Below the pieces are notes generated by a model. It had not been told where the DNA came from and ran no database searches. It saw only the letters and a list, made by a program, of their open reading frames with translations. A DNA stretch of 61,027 bases from an uncultured Dehalococcoidales bacterium (lineage in GTDB: Bacteria; Chloroflexota; Dehalococcoidia; Dehalococcoidales; UBA2162), in NCBI GenBank assembly GCA_964569715.1, contig CAZMUD010000002.1, positions 1 through 61,027 on the forward strand, given 5' to 3'. Both the position numbers and the translations under genes were made by a program. Numbering within the stretch: the stretch's first letter is position 1; each line of letters begins with the position of its first letter. Shown here piece by piece: positions 27,488-36,848 of the stretch.

Positions 27488-28975
27488 TTAAACTATATAT
27501 TCAGTCGGCCAGTCTGGCAACTCCTTCAATGCAGGATGCTCTTTCCACCCCGGAATCTTGGCAATTCTTTTAGCGGTGGCTTTATACTTTTCCCAATCAG
27601 CGGCAGCATACATAGCCATTTTCTGCGCTGCTAGAGAGCCTTCCGTATGAATAAAGGCACCATCGTGGCCGTGACCTACCAAGTCCTTTACCAGCCTTAT
27701 GGCCTTAAGCCGGTGCTCGGTTGGTATGCCATCTTTGCCGGCAAGGTACTTTTCAATATAAGGCCTTTCTTCAGGGTTCATCCAATCCTTGTAGGAGAAG
27801 ACAGTGCTTGCCAGCCCACCGGCGACATCGGCAACGAGCTTGGAAGTCTCGTGCTGGTCATTAGCGAAAATATACTTGGCTATATTGGTGTACATTAGAT
27901 TGGGAGCGGCTAAGCCTATATCAGGGAATATATCAGGGTGCTCACAACCTGCCTTGGACATGACATCGATTAACACAGCGTGCATGGCAAGCCAGGCCAG
28001 TTTCTCCTGGATATGAGAATACCGGTCAATACCATTATATTCAGCCATCAGTGCTGCTATGCCGGCATCTTGTTCAGTTGATATCACTTTGTGGCAGGAG
28101 CCGAAAAGGCGATGGAAGACGCCAAACATCCAGGCGATGTCTCTGGAAAACTGCCATTCACCGCACATAAACACCCGGTTCCAGGGGACGAAAACATCAT
28201 CAAAGACAATCATGCACTCACTAACCCCGGCACCACGTCCGGAGGCAGGCCAGTTCCACTCAGCTTCCTCGCCTGTTTCCTCGAAATACCCCGGCGAAGT
28301 TAAAAGTGTAATGCCTTTAGCATTTACCGGGGTAGCAAAGACCACGGCATAGTCCTTGTCCTCTTCACGGTGAGCCCGGCACGGTGAAACGATTAGTTCA
28401 TTGGCGGTGGGGGTAGCACTTATGTGCATCTTGGCTCCCCTTACTACTATTCCATCCTTTTGCCGGTCAACAACCCTGACATAGAAATCCTTATGTTGTA
28501 CCTGCGCTGAAGGGCGCATGCCCCGGTTCCCCTTAACATCGGTAATGGCTCCAGTAATAGCCGGGTCGGCTGCTTTCAGATGCTTACGATAATCCTCAAC
28601 AGCATCGGTATAGTGGGTGCCCAATTGCTTATCCATTCTGGCAGCGACAACCCCTGAGGCAGCCAGGGCATCAGGACCCATGCCACTCATAGCTGCACCC
28701 CATCGCATGCAGGTTATATAAACGTCCCTCCGTCTCACCAGCTCTTCAGCGTTTGTGGGCTGCTTCCACAGGAACAAGTATCTATCCCCGTCCTCTTCTA
28801 TAGTGAGCAGGTCTTTAAACTTAGGGTGATTATAAAGGACATAACTCGTGGCTCTAGCATTGATGGGTCCCTTCATTTTTGGATGCTTTGTTATATCTGG
28901 TATCTTCTCCCCATTGAGATAAATCACCCTTCCATCGTTCAAGCTTTCCACATACTGCTTCGCTGTCCTAATCAT
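27488..28975 (-). CDS. 4-hydroxybutyryl-CoA dehydratase / 4-hydroxyphenylacetate 3-hydroxylase (HpaB/AbfD) family protein
   Basis: 495 aa with the typical family N-terminus (MIRTAKQYVESLNDGRVIYLNGEKI) and length. The sub-family cannot be resolved by eye. Confidence 0.75.
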   Translation of the reverse strand: MIRTAKQYVESLNDGRVIYLNGEKIPDITKHPKMKGPINARATSYVLYNHPKFKDLLTIEEDGDRYLFLWKQPTNAEELVRRRDVYITCMRWGAAMSGMGPDALAASGVVAARMDKQLGTHYTDAVEDYRKHLKAADPAITGAITDVKGNRGMRPSAQVQHKDFYVRVVDRQKDGIVVRGAKMHISATPTANELIVSPCRAHREEDKDYAVVFATPVNAKGITLLTSPGYFEETGEEAEWNWPASGRGAGVSECMIVFDDVFVPWNRVFMCGEWQFSRDIAWMFGVFHRLFGSCHKVISTEQDAGIAALMAEYNGIDRYSHIQEKLAWLAMHAVLIDVMSKAGCEHPDIFPDIGLAAPNLMYTNIAKYIFANDQHETSKLVADVAGGLASTVFSYKDWMNPEERPYIEKYLAGKDGIPTEHRLKAIRLVKDLVGHGHDGAFIHTEGSLAAQKMAMYAAADWEKYKATAKRIAKIPGWKEHPALKELPDWPTEYIV

Positions 28976-29068
28976 AATAGCCTCCTTTAATTAGATTTTA
29001 ACTCCCTTGCCTGCTCCACAACTTCTACATAATAATAATACCTCCTTGCTACCGCCTTTGTCTCTAAA

Positions 29069-29311
29069 CTAACCGCTACCCATCTTTCTTGGGATAGCTA
29101 CCAGGATAAGGTGATAGTCGGCAGGTGCTAAATTGCGAAGGGTAAACAGCTCCGTGCTGCCTAAAAACTTTGGAGGGCGTATAGATACCCTTATTTCTTC
29201 AGCCTCCTGAAGCTCCCTCTTCTCAATCGTTCCTCTTTTTACTGCCCCGCCCAGTCGAATTGCCTCCGATTGTATTTGCTCAAGCAGTTTCTGGCTTTCC
29301 ACGTCAAGCAT
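29069..29311 (-). CDS. Hypothetical protein (80 aa)
   Basis: ORF with AAGGAGGG just upstream, located inside a co-directional gene run. No recognisable motif. Confidence 0.45.
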   Translation of the reverse strand: MLDVESQKLLEQIQSEAIRLGGAVKRGTIEKRELQEAEEIRVSIRPPKFLGSTELFTLRNLAPADYHLILVAIPRKMGSG

Positions 29312-29341
29312 TTACCCTCCTTATTTTGTCTCCAGTTTCCC

Positions 29342-30184
29342 TTATTGCTGGCTGTACCCGCTCCCTGGTCGGTCAATACCAAGCCCCTTGCCCTCGTCTC
29401 TCCAGCCAAACTCTTTCAGTATTGCCTGGCTGTAGGTGACGCGGCCGGCAACTTTGCCCAGCGGCTCGGTGGCCAGGAGGAGGATTGCTCTTGCCATTAT
29501 CTGCGGGGGCTCACCCCGTGGGTCGTCCAGGCCAGTGACTAATTTGTGGTACACGGTGCCGGGGGTAGGCACGACCAGGGAAGGCGATACGCAGGTCACT
29601 GAGATGCCGTACTGGTAGACTTCGTTGGCTAACCCTTGACTAAACCGCTCCAACGCCGCTTTTGTTGCGCCATACATCGTGCCACCAGTGCCGGAGCTCG
29701 TATAGGGACCGTGTCCCGGTCCAATGGCAGCTCCCGATGAGACATTGACGATGGCACCACTGCCTCGCTCAATCATATCCGGCAATACCTTCTGACTCAG
29801 CATGAAGGGACCATGCACATTCACTGTGAAAGCGCGGACCCACCGCTTGATGGGATAGTCCTTGATGGGGATGAAGTAGCTCAAGGCTGCGTCGTTTACC
29901 AGCACATCCACCGGGCCAAAAGCCTGTTTGGCAGTTTCTACAAGCTGGGCACAGCTCTCCTCGCTGGACACGTCGGTTTGGACAGCCAAAGCGGTGCCTC
30001 CAGCCTTCTTGATTTCTGAAACCGTGGTGCTAAGCGAGCCCTCCAGCATGTGTTCACCTTCACCAAGGGTGCGGGCGGCGCAAACGACTTTAGCACCCTC
30101 AGTGGCGAAAAGCTGGGCTGTCGCTCTGCCAATACCGCGGCTGGCTCCGGTCACTATTGCTACCTTGCCATCGAGTTTGTCCAT
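29342..30184 (-). CDS. Short-chain dehydrogenase/reductase (SDR)
   Basis: TGASRGIG cofactor motif, NDAA, and a Y-x3-K catalytic pair (YGATK). Confidence 0.88.
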   Translation of the reverse strand: MDKLDGKVAIVTGASRGIGRATAQLFATEGAKVVCAARTLGEGEHMLEGSLSTTVSEIKKAGGTALAVQTDVSSEESCAQLVETAKQAFGPVDVLVNDAALSYFIPIKDYPIKRWVRAFTVNVHGPFMLSQKVLPDMIERGSGAIVNVSSGAAIGPGHGPYTSSGTGGTMYGATKAALERFSQGLANEVYQYGISVTCVSPSLVVPTPGTVYHKLVTGLDDPRGEPPQIMARAILLLATEPLGKVAGRVTYSQAILKEFGWRDEGKGLGIDRPGSGYSQQ

Positions 30185-30340
30185 AGCAGACCTCCTTTAC
30201 TTTACTGTTAATCGGGACTTCTCATTTTAACTCAGATTGAGAAACCTGTAAATAGGGGCGTGAAGTAGGGAAAAGGAACTTGGTGGCCAAGCCCACTAAA
30301 GCATAGGCCTGTTTAAGGTGCTGGCAGCATGTCCCAGAGT

Positions 30341-30427
30341 TTATTTGAAGGATACTTTTAACAGGTGTGCCGAGCAGGAAATACAGGGGTCGTAGGCTCT
30401 AGCCAGCATCTCTAGAGTGAGTCTGAT
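30341..30427 (-). pseudogene. Relic of a [NiFe]-hydrogenase large-subunit C-terminus
   Basis: Reverse translation IRLTLEMLARAYDPCISCSAHLLKVSFK* contains the diagnostic C-terminal R-x-YDPC-x2-C-x2-H nickel-binding motif. A stop lies immediately upstream and no other hydrogenase sequence is nearby. Confidence 0.65.
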
Positions 30428-30500
30428 TTATCCTCAGGCAGGCCCTAGGCTCTGGATGAACTGTGGTCTATCGCTATGATTCCTGCCGAACTTATGCAGT

Positions 30501-32336
30501 TTAAGAAGGCCACAAATCCTTGGCGGCGTCCTCCAGCCCCAGTTCCATTAGCTTCTCTCTCGTCGGCTTGCCCGTGCTCCAGTCCCACTTCCTGAAGTTA
30601 TAGTAGTCCCTGAGCAGCAGGTCCATATCTGGAGATTTGCCGGCTGTGCTGCCTTCTTTCAGTGCCTTGATGCATATACTGGGCAATTTGTCGTCTTCCC
30701 GGCTCACTCCAAGTTTATTATTGATTGCCCTTTTGATGTTAACCGACCTCTCACCAGCCGTATTGATGTCAGCCGGGGTGTAATCCCATCCGGTGATATT
30801 GCTGAGTATCTCGCTAATCTGGGTTACGGAGAGCGGAGCAAATTTGCAGAGAAGCAGGGAATCAAACATATCCCTGAAGTTCTGGAATTTGGCAGCCGGC
30901 TCAGCCTTGCCCTCGGACTGGAACCTGTCTCCAGGCTCGATACCCAGCTCAGGTATGGCTCTACCCATATCTACTCCGTAGTAATCACCCTTGAGGTGGC
31001 AGGCTCCCCTGGGTCCGGTAGCGTAACTTATTGCCATACCACTATATGCTCTGGCATCATGCATTGGCATCTCCAGTCCTTTGACATGGGCTGCTTCGCT
31101 GGGGTCAGCACCAAGCTCTTCAGCCATCTTTCGTGTTCCCTTAGCTAACAACTCACCTATCCCTTCCTTCTTGATAATCATCTCCACCAGCTTAACGATG
31201 CATTCACTATCACCCCACTCGATTTTCATTCCTGCTCTGTTCTTATCTAGGGTGCCCTTTTCAAAGAGGTGCATTGCATAGGCAATGGTGACGCCTGCCG
31301 ATATTGTATCTATACCATGAGCATTGCAGAGATGATTGGCATATATAATGGAATCAAGGTCGGAATTGCGGCACAGAGGACCGAAAGCGATAGCTGTCTC
31401 ATATTCAGGCCCATTGACCTCCTCTATGTCCTTCCTGAAGTGTTTCAGCAGACGACCGCAGCCCACCGGGCAGCCAAGACAGGCATCACTCTCCACAGTG
31501 TAAGCCTGCCTTAATGCCTGACCGGTTACCTTATTTGCCGGGAACACACTCTTGGTGAAATACTCTGCCGGCGCATCACCTGTGAACATGGCCATATCTG
31601 AATACATCAATGTGCCGTACTCTCGATAAGCAAAGCTAGTCGCGTTTGACGAAATTGAATCCCTTGCCTGCCTGGTAAGCTCTCGAATCTTGGCTTCATC
31701 TGCAATCTCTGCCTTCTTATTTCCGGTGACAGCTATTGCCTTAAGCTTCTTGGAGCCCATAAGTGCCCCTAAACCACAGCGACCGGCAGCCCTACCGCTG
31801 TCATTTATTATCCCGGCATACGTCACCAGGTTCTCGCCTCCTGGCCCAATACAGGCAACACTCAGCCCACTTTGCTTAATCTCAGCCTTCAGCATTTTCT
31901 GAGTCTGGTAGATATCCTTACCCCATAAGTGGGATGCATCCTTTATCTCAGCGGCACCATCTTTTATATACAGGTAAACAGGCCTGTCTGATTTGCCGGT
32001 AACAAGGATGCCATCAAATCCTGAAGCCTTGAGTCTGAATGGAAAGACACCACCACTCGTTGACTCACCCCAGATGCCTGTCTGGGGTGAGATGCCGCAT
32101 ACAGCGTAGCGACTTACCATAGGGATTGTTGACCCTGTGAATGGACCGACGGCAAATACCAGAGGGCTATCGGCACCCAAAGGGTCCATACCACCCTTAA
32201 CCCGGTCATAAATCAACCTCGCCGCCAAGCTAGCACCGCCAATGAAATTCTTTAAATCCTCCTCCTTAAGTGCCAGGTTTCTGGTCTCTTTAGTGCTTAA
32301 ATTTACTTCGAGGAAATTACCGTGGTAGCCAAACAT
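30501..32336 (-). CDS. Aldehyde:ferredoxin oxidoreductase (tungstopterin AOR family)
   Basis: 611 aa. N-terminus MFGYHGNFLEVNLS, and a CLGCPVGCG cluster motif typical of AOR. Confidence 0.9.
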   Translation of the reverse strand: MFGYHGNFLEVNLSTKETRNLALKEEDLKNFIGGASLAARLIYDRVKGGMDPLGADSPLVFAVGPFTGSTIPMVSRYAVCGISPQTGIWGESTSGGVFPFRLKASGFDGILVTGKSDRPVYLYIKDGAAEIKDASHLWGKDIYQTQKMLKAEIKQSGLSVACIGPGGENLVTYAGIINDSGRAAGRCGLGALMGSKKLKAIAVTGNKKAEIADEAKIRELTRQARDSISSNATSFAYREYGTLMYSDMAMFTGDAPAEYFTKSVFPANKVTGQALRQAYTVESDACLGCPVGCGRLLKHFRKDIEEVNGPEYETAIAFGPLCRNSDLDSIIYANHLCNAHGIDTISAGVTIAYAMHLFEKGTLDKNRAGMKIEWGDSECIVKLVEMIIKKEGIGELLAKGTRKMAEELGADPSEAAHVKGLEMPMHDARAYSGMAISYATGPRGACHLKGDYYGVDMGRAIPELGIEPGDRFQSEGKAEPAAKFQNFRDMFDSLLLCKFAPLSVTQISEILSNITGWDYTPADINTAGERSVNIKRAINNKLGVSREDDKLPSICIKALKEGSTAGKSPDMDLLLRDYYNFRKWDWSTGKPTREKLMELGLEDAAKDLWPS

Positions 32337-32349
32337 AGCATTAACCTCC

Positions 32350-33612
32350 TTAAAAGTCTATATCCTTACCTTCGTATGCATACCTGAAGAACTGCTTACA
32401 TTGTTCTACTGTAATCGGCCTCGGGCACGAGAATGTGTCAGGGTCCTCTAAGGCATCAAGTGCCAGCTTGTCTATGTTATCCTCGAGCTGCTTCTTGGTA
32501 ATACCTAGGCCTTTCAGGTCTAAAGGCAAATCCAGCTCCTGGAATAGTGCCTTGAGCTTCCCAACCAGGCTAGCCAGACTTTTCTCCTTGGTTCCATCTT
32601 TGATATCCAGTGCCTTACATATATCCAGATACTTGTCCGTTACCGGGGAATAGAATTGAAGGGCGTAGGGGATTATGATGCCTACCGAAACACCATGGTG
32701 TATGCTGAACACCTTCCCCAAAACGTGTCCCAGGCTGTGAGTTAAGCCAAGGCCAGCATTGCCAAAGGCTATTCCGGCCATACTGGAGGCAATATGCATT
32801 CTGAACCTTGCCTCTCGGTCTCCGGGATTCCGGTAGGCTCGGGGGAGGTATTTGAAGACCATCTCAATAGCCCTAAGCGCCAGCGCATCCGTCATGTCAT
32901 TGGCTGATGGAGACATAACACAGTCCATAGCGTGTGTCAGCGCATCCATCCCGGTGCCTACGGTCAGTTTGGGGGGCATCCCCATAGCGAAGGTAGGGTC
33001 AATCACCGCAAAGTCGGGGAAGAGTTCACGCGAGGCTATCGGCACTTTTCTCTTTGTCTCCTCATCGCTTAGCACGGAAACACCGGTGCACTCAGAGCCG
33101 GTGCCACTGGTTGTTGGCACAGCCACCAGAATGGCTTTCTTTCTTAATCCAAGGGTTCTAACGGGTAGGAGCATCCCCAGGTCAGTTATATCGGGACGCT
33201 CATACAGTATCCAGGCTGCCTTGGTTATGTCCATAACTGAACCGCCGCCAACGGCTATTATCAGGTCGGGTTCAAATTGCGTCATTGCTTGGGCGCACTC
33301 TTTGGCATTTGGCAACGGCGCCTCTGGCTCAGCTTTGTCCCAGGTCTGTGTTGTAAATTGACCATTTTTCATAGCCCTGGACACCCTGGCAGCAAGACGA
33401 TTGCTTGCGTGCCCACCGCAGACAATAAATGCCCTTTTCTTGGGGCACATAGCCGATAGAATTCTAACAATGCCACGGCCTCCTTCAGGGATGACATTGG
33501 CACCCATAAAGATTTTGGGGACGGTAAAAGTGGTAGAAAGTCCCCTCATAGCACTGCTACTGGCTAATGGCATAAGTCCTTTTACTTGGGGTATGGTAAA
33601 CCAGTAGGTCAT
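32350..33612 (-). CDS. Iron-containing alcohol dehydrogenase family protein
   Basis: GGGSVMD and the His-rich metal site (HAMD...HGVSVG, LTHSLGH). Confidence 0.88.
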   Translation of the reverse strand: MTYWFTIPQVKGLMPLASSSAMRGLSTTFTVPKIFMGANVIPEGGRGIVRILSAMCPKKRAFIVCGGHASNRLAARVSRAMKNGQFTTQTWDKAEPEAPLPNAKECAQAMTQFEPDLIIAVGGGSVMDITKAAWILYERPDITDLGMLLPVRTLGLRKKAILVAVPTTSGTGSECTGVSVLSDEETKRKVPIASRELFPDFAVIDPTFAMGMPPKLTVGTGMDALTHAMDCVMSPSANDMTDALALRAIEMVFKYLPRAYRNPGDREARFRMHIASSMAGIAFGNAGLGLTHSLGHVLGKVFSIHHGVSVGIIIPYALQFYSPVTDKYLDICKALDIKDGTKEKSLASLVGKLKALFQELDLPLDLKGLGITKKQLEDNIDKLALDALEDPDTFSCPRPITVEQCKQFFRYAYEGKDIDF

Positions 33613-33818
33613 AGTTACACCTCCCCTTTATGTATTTCCAAAGGCAATCATAGCATACTACGAGCCTCATTTCTAGGGGGTTACCAGAGATTTTTTAGAA
33701 AATTTAATCCCCCAGTAATTGAAATGGTAAATCCCGGCTGTAATTATCGATGGTAAGCTAGTATAATTACGCTAGTGGATGTGAACGCGCCAGTTGCGTT
33801 ATGCGAGGTGGGCATAGG

Positions 33819-34223
33819 ATGAGCGCAAAGTCGGGTTTTGAAGCTATACCAGTTGGACTGGATATGGGAACGGTGGAAATGACCCTGGACGAGGATACCG
33901 TTAACGATAGACTCGAACTTGTTCAATGGGAGGCCAGAGAGCTCGTAGATAAGCTTCACCTCGCTCCGCCTGGGATAGGCATTGTTCAACATGCCGTGAT
34001 GAAATTCATAAAGCTTCCTGATATGAAGGCTAGCATCTGGGCCAGAAGCGAGCACGAATTCCTGAAGCCGATGAAGATTGGCAGCAAGATATTCATCCGG
34101 GGCAAGATTGTAGATAAGTACGTTAAGCGGGGTAGGAAGTATCTCGTAACCGACTTTGAAACTGTTGATGAAGCCGGCGAGGTGCTGTTGAGGAGCCGTG
34201 AAACCAGCGTATACGTTGAATAG
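33819..34223 (+). CDS. Hotdog-fold (MaoC-like) dehydratase subunit
   Basis: GSKIFIRGKIVDKYVKRGRKYLVTDFETVDEAGEVLL is a typical hotdog core. The start is uncertain (33801 or 33819). Confidence 0.7.
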   Translation: MSAKSGFEAIPVGLDMGTVEMTLDEDTVNDRLELVQWEARELVDKLHLAPPGIGIVQHAVMKFIKLPDMKASIWARSEHEFLKPMKIGSKIFIRGKIVDKYVKRGRKYLVTDFETVDEAGEVLLRSRETSVYVE

Positions 34224-34236
34224 GGAGGAGAAAAAA

Positions 34237-34635
34237 ATGGAGAGGGTTGCCAGAACCATAAGAGTAGGCGAGGAGATTCCTAGCTTAACCAAAACGGCCT
34301 TTATGCCTATCGATCCGGAAGCACGCAATGTCATCCATACCGATGACTACACCAGGAGATTCGGCGGGCGAGGTGCGTTGATTGGAGGCTCCACCTTGCT
34401 TAGCTATGTGCTGGAGATGCTATACAACTACTTTGACCAAAGCTGGCTATACCATGGGAAGATAAGCGTGTCATTCATTGGCGGGGGAGCGATAAATGGT
34501 GATGTTCTCACTGCTCATGGGCTGGTCACATCGGTAGAGCCAGAGGAAGCCGGCACTAGGCTCAATCTTGATATCTGGATGGAAAACCAGACGGGGGCTA
34601 AGATTGTAGTAGGCGATGCTAGCTGCATCCAATAG
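34237..34635 (+). CDS. MaoC-like dehydratase/hydratase subunit
   Basis: N-x-IHTD...G...I..G hydratase-2-like motif (RNVIHTDDYTRRFGGRGALIGG). GGGAGGAG lies upstream of ATG 34237. Confidence 0.72.
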   Translation: MERVARTIRVGEEIPSLTKTAFMPIDPEARNVIHTDDYTRRFGGRGALIGGSTLLSYVLEMLYNYFDQSWLYHGKISVSFIGGGAINGDVLTAHGLVTSVEPEEAGTRLNLDIWMENQTGAKIVVGDASCIQ

Positions 34636-34754
34636 CAACCACTCCCCGACACTACAGACAGTCAGTAGGAAACGAGATAGCCAGCAACGAACTGGCTGAT
34701 TATTTACTCATCATGGGAGCAGCTTGACCAGGCTATAAGAAGGAGGCACAACTG

Positions 34755-36695
34755 GTGAATGGAGCACAATTCAGGAAGCTTTTTGAGCCAACCTGGATAG
34801 GACAAATGCAGCTAAAGAATCGTATAGTGATGCCACCTATGGGAACTGGCTTTGCTACGGAGCAGGGCTATGTCAGCCAGCGACTTATCGACTACTACGA
34901 AGCACGAGCCAGGGGTGGGGTGGGACTGATTATTATTGAGGTTACAGCTCCCGATTTACAATGCAGGGGGTCAGGTTCCCAACTAACCATCGGTGATGAT
35001 AGCTATATCCCCGGGTTTCAGGAATTGGTAGGGGCGATTCATCAACATGGAGCCAAGGTAGCCCTGCAACTACAGCATTCCGGCATGGAGATTAGAGCCG
35101 GTGAGCGTATACAGGTAGCCCCCTCTCCGATTGTGGTGCCAACACGTGTCGTGGGGGTCTCAGGTAAAACTCCCCACGAACTCACCACTGATGAGATTGG
35201 GGAAATCGTGCAGTGGTTTGCTACGGCAGCGAGACGAGCTAGGGAGGCTGGGTTTGATGGGGTAGAGGTACACGGTGCTCACCAGTACCTTATCGCTTCA
35301 TTTCTCTCTTCAGCAACCAATATACGTAAGGACCGGTATGGTGGCACAGTGGAAAATAAGGCGAGGTTTCTTGTTGAGGTTCTTCAGGCTATCAGGAAAG
35401 CAGTAGCCCCGGACTACCCGGTATGGCTACGACTCAATGCTCAGGAATATGGAGTGGAGAACGGCGTCACCATCGAGGAGACCAAACAGGTAGTCCCGAT
35501 GGCTGTAGAAGCTGGTGCTCAGGCTATTCACGTATCAGCCTATGGTGCCGGCTCCTATGTTACGAAAGCCCCAATAGCAGATACGCCAGGTTTCCTGGTG
35601 CCGTTGGCTGGCGAGGTCAAGAGGGTTACCAATGTGCCGGTGATTGCTGTGGGAAGACTTGACCCTGAGATTGGAGAGCAAATTCTGGAGGAAGGTAAAG
35701 CCGACCTGATAGCTATGGGCAGACGCCTGATGGCTGACCCCGAATTACCCAACAAGGTAGCTGAGGATAGGCTGGATGAGGTCAACCCCTGCACCGGGTG
35801 TATGGAGTGTATCGAACGCATGATGTATGACGGTCAGGGGGTAGTGTGTACAATCAATGCTGCTATGGGCAGGGAGAGGGAGTATCAGATTCAGCCAGCC
35901 GAGAGGGTGAAAAGGGTTGTGGTAGTTGGCGGGGGGCCGGCGGGGATGGAGGTGGCCAGGGTGGCGGCGCTAAGGAGTCACCAAGTTGTGTTATTTGAGA
36001 AAGAGTCCAGGCTGGGAGGACAACTTAATGTGGCTGCTATCCCTCCATATAAAGGCGACATTTTGCCCCTAATTAACTATCTGGCAAGCCAGGTAGAGAG
36101 GGCTGGCGTCGAGATTAGGCTGGGCACTGAAGCAACTTCGGAGGTTATTATCGAGAGCCAGCCAGACGCCGTCGTTGTTGCTGTTGGGGGCATTCCCACA
36201 GTCCCTGAGATTCCTGGCGTGGATAGACCAAATGTGGTCATTGCTAAAGATGTTCTGTCCGGCAAAGCAGAGGTTGGACAAAATGTGGTCATCATAGGTG
36301 GAGGAATGGTCGGCTGTGAGACGGGTCACTTCTTAGCCGAGAAGGGGAAGAAGGTAACCATCATTGAAGTATTGAAGCGGATGGCAGCCGATATGCTGCT
36401 CATGGTCAGGCGCCGACGCCTCGACGGGCTGAGGGGGAAACAGGTCGCCATGCTGACCAGTGCAATATGTGAGGAAATAATGGAAGGCAGCGTGATTGTA
36501 ACCACCGGTGAAGGCCAAAAGGAAACTATCCAGGCTGATACCGTCATCTTAGCTGTTGGCTACAGGACAAATGATGACCTATTCAAAGAGTTAGAGGGTA
36601 AGATTCCCGAGGTTTATTGCATTGGCGATTCTTCCCAGCCGCAACGAATAGTGGAAGCCATTAATGATGGCTACCGCACTGGGCTTTCGTTATGA
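34755..36695 (+). CDS. Old-yellow-enzyme-type NADH:flavin oxidoreductase fused to an FAD/NAD(P) domain (2,4-dienoyl-CoA / enoate reductase family)
   Basis: 646 aa. OYE TIM-barrel N-half, a CTGCMEC Fe-S motif, then VVVVGGGPAGME and VIIGGGMVGCE Rossmann motifs. Confidence 0.88.
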   Translation: MNGAQFRKLFEPTWIGQMQLKNRIVMPPMGTGFATEQGYVSQRLIDYYEARARGGVGLIIIEVTAPDLQCRGSGSQLTIGDDSYIPGFQELVGAIHQHGAKVALQLQHSGMEIRAGERIQVAPSPIVVPTRVVGVSGKTPHELTTDEIGEIVQWFATAARRAREAGFDGVEVHGAHQYLIASFLSSATNIRKDRYGGTVENKARFLVEVLQAIRKAVAPDYPVWLRLNAQEYGVENGVTIEETKQVVPMAVEAGAQAIHVSAYGAGSYVTKAPIADTPGFLVPLAGEVKRVTNVPVIAVGRLDPEIGEQILEEGKADLIAMGRRLMADPELPNKVAEDRLDEVNPCTGCMECIERMMYDGQGVVCTINAAMGREREYQIQPAERVKRVVVVGGGPAGMEVARVAALRSHQVVLFEKESRLGGQLNVAAIPPYKGDILPLINYLASQVERAGVEIRLGTEATSEVIIESQPDAVVVAVGGIPTVPEIPGVDRPNVVIAKDVLSGKAEVGQNVVIIGGGMVGCETGHFLAEKGKKVTIIEVLKRMAADMLLMVRRRRLDGLRGKQVAMLTSAICEEIMEGSVIVTTGEGQKETIQADTVILAVGYRTNDDLFKELEGKIPEVYCIGDSSQPQRIVEAINDGYRTGLSL

Positions 36696-36848
36696 AGGTA
36701 TTCACCAGGGTGGAGCTAGGCTATGAATCTGAAAGAGTCAGGTGTCCAGGCTCATAAGTCGAGTAAAGGGTAGCTAGAAATCCTGTGTGCTAGTCCACCC
36801 ACTGAGTAGCATAAGGCTCATATTTAAAATCCAGATAGGAGGGAAAAA

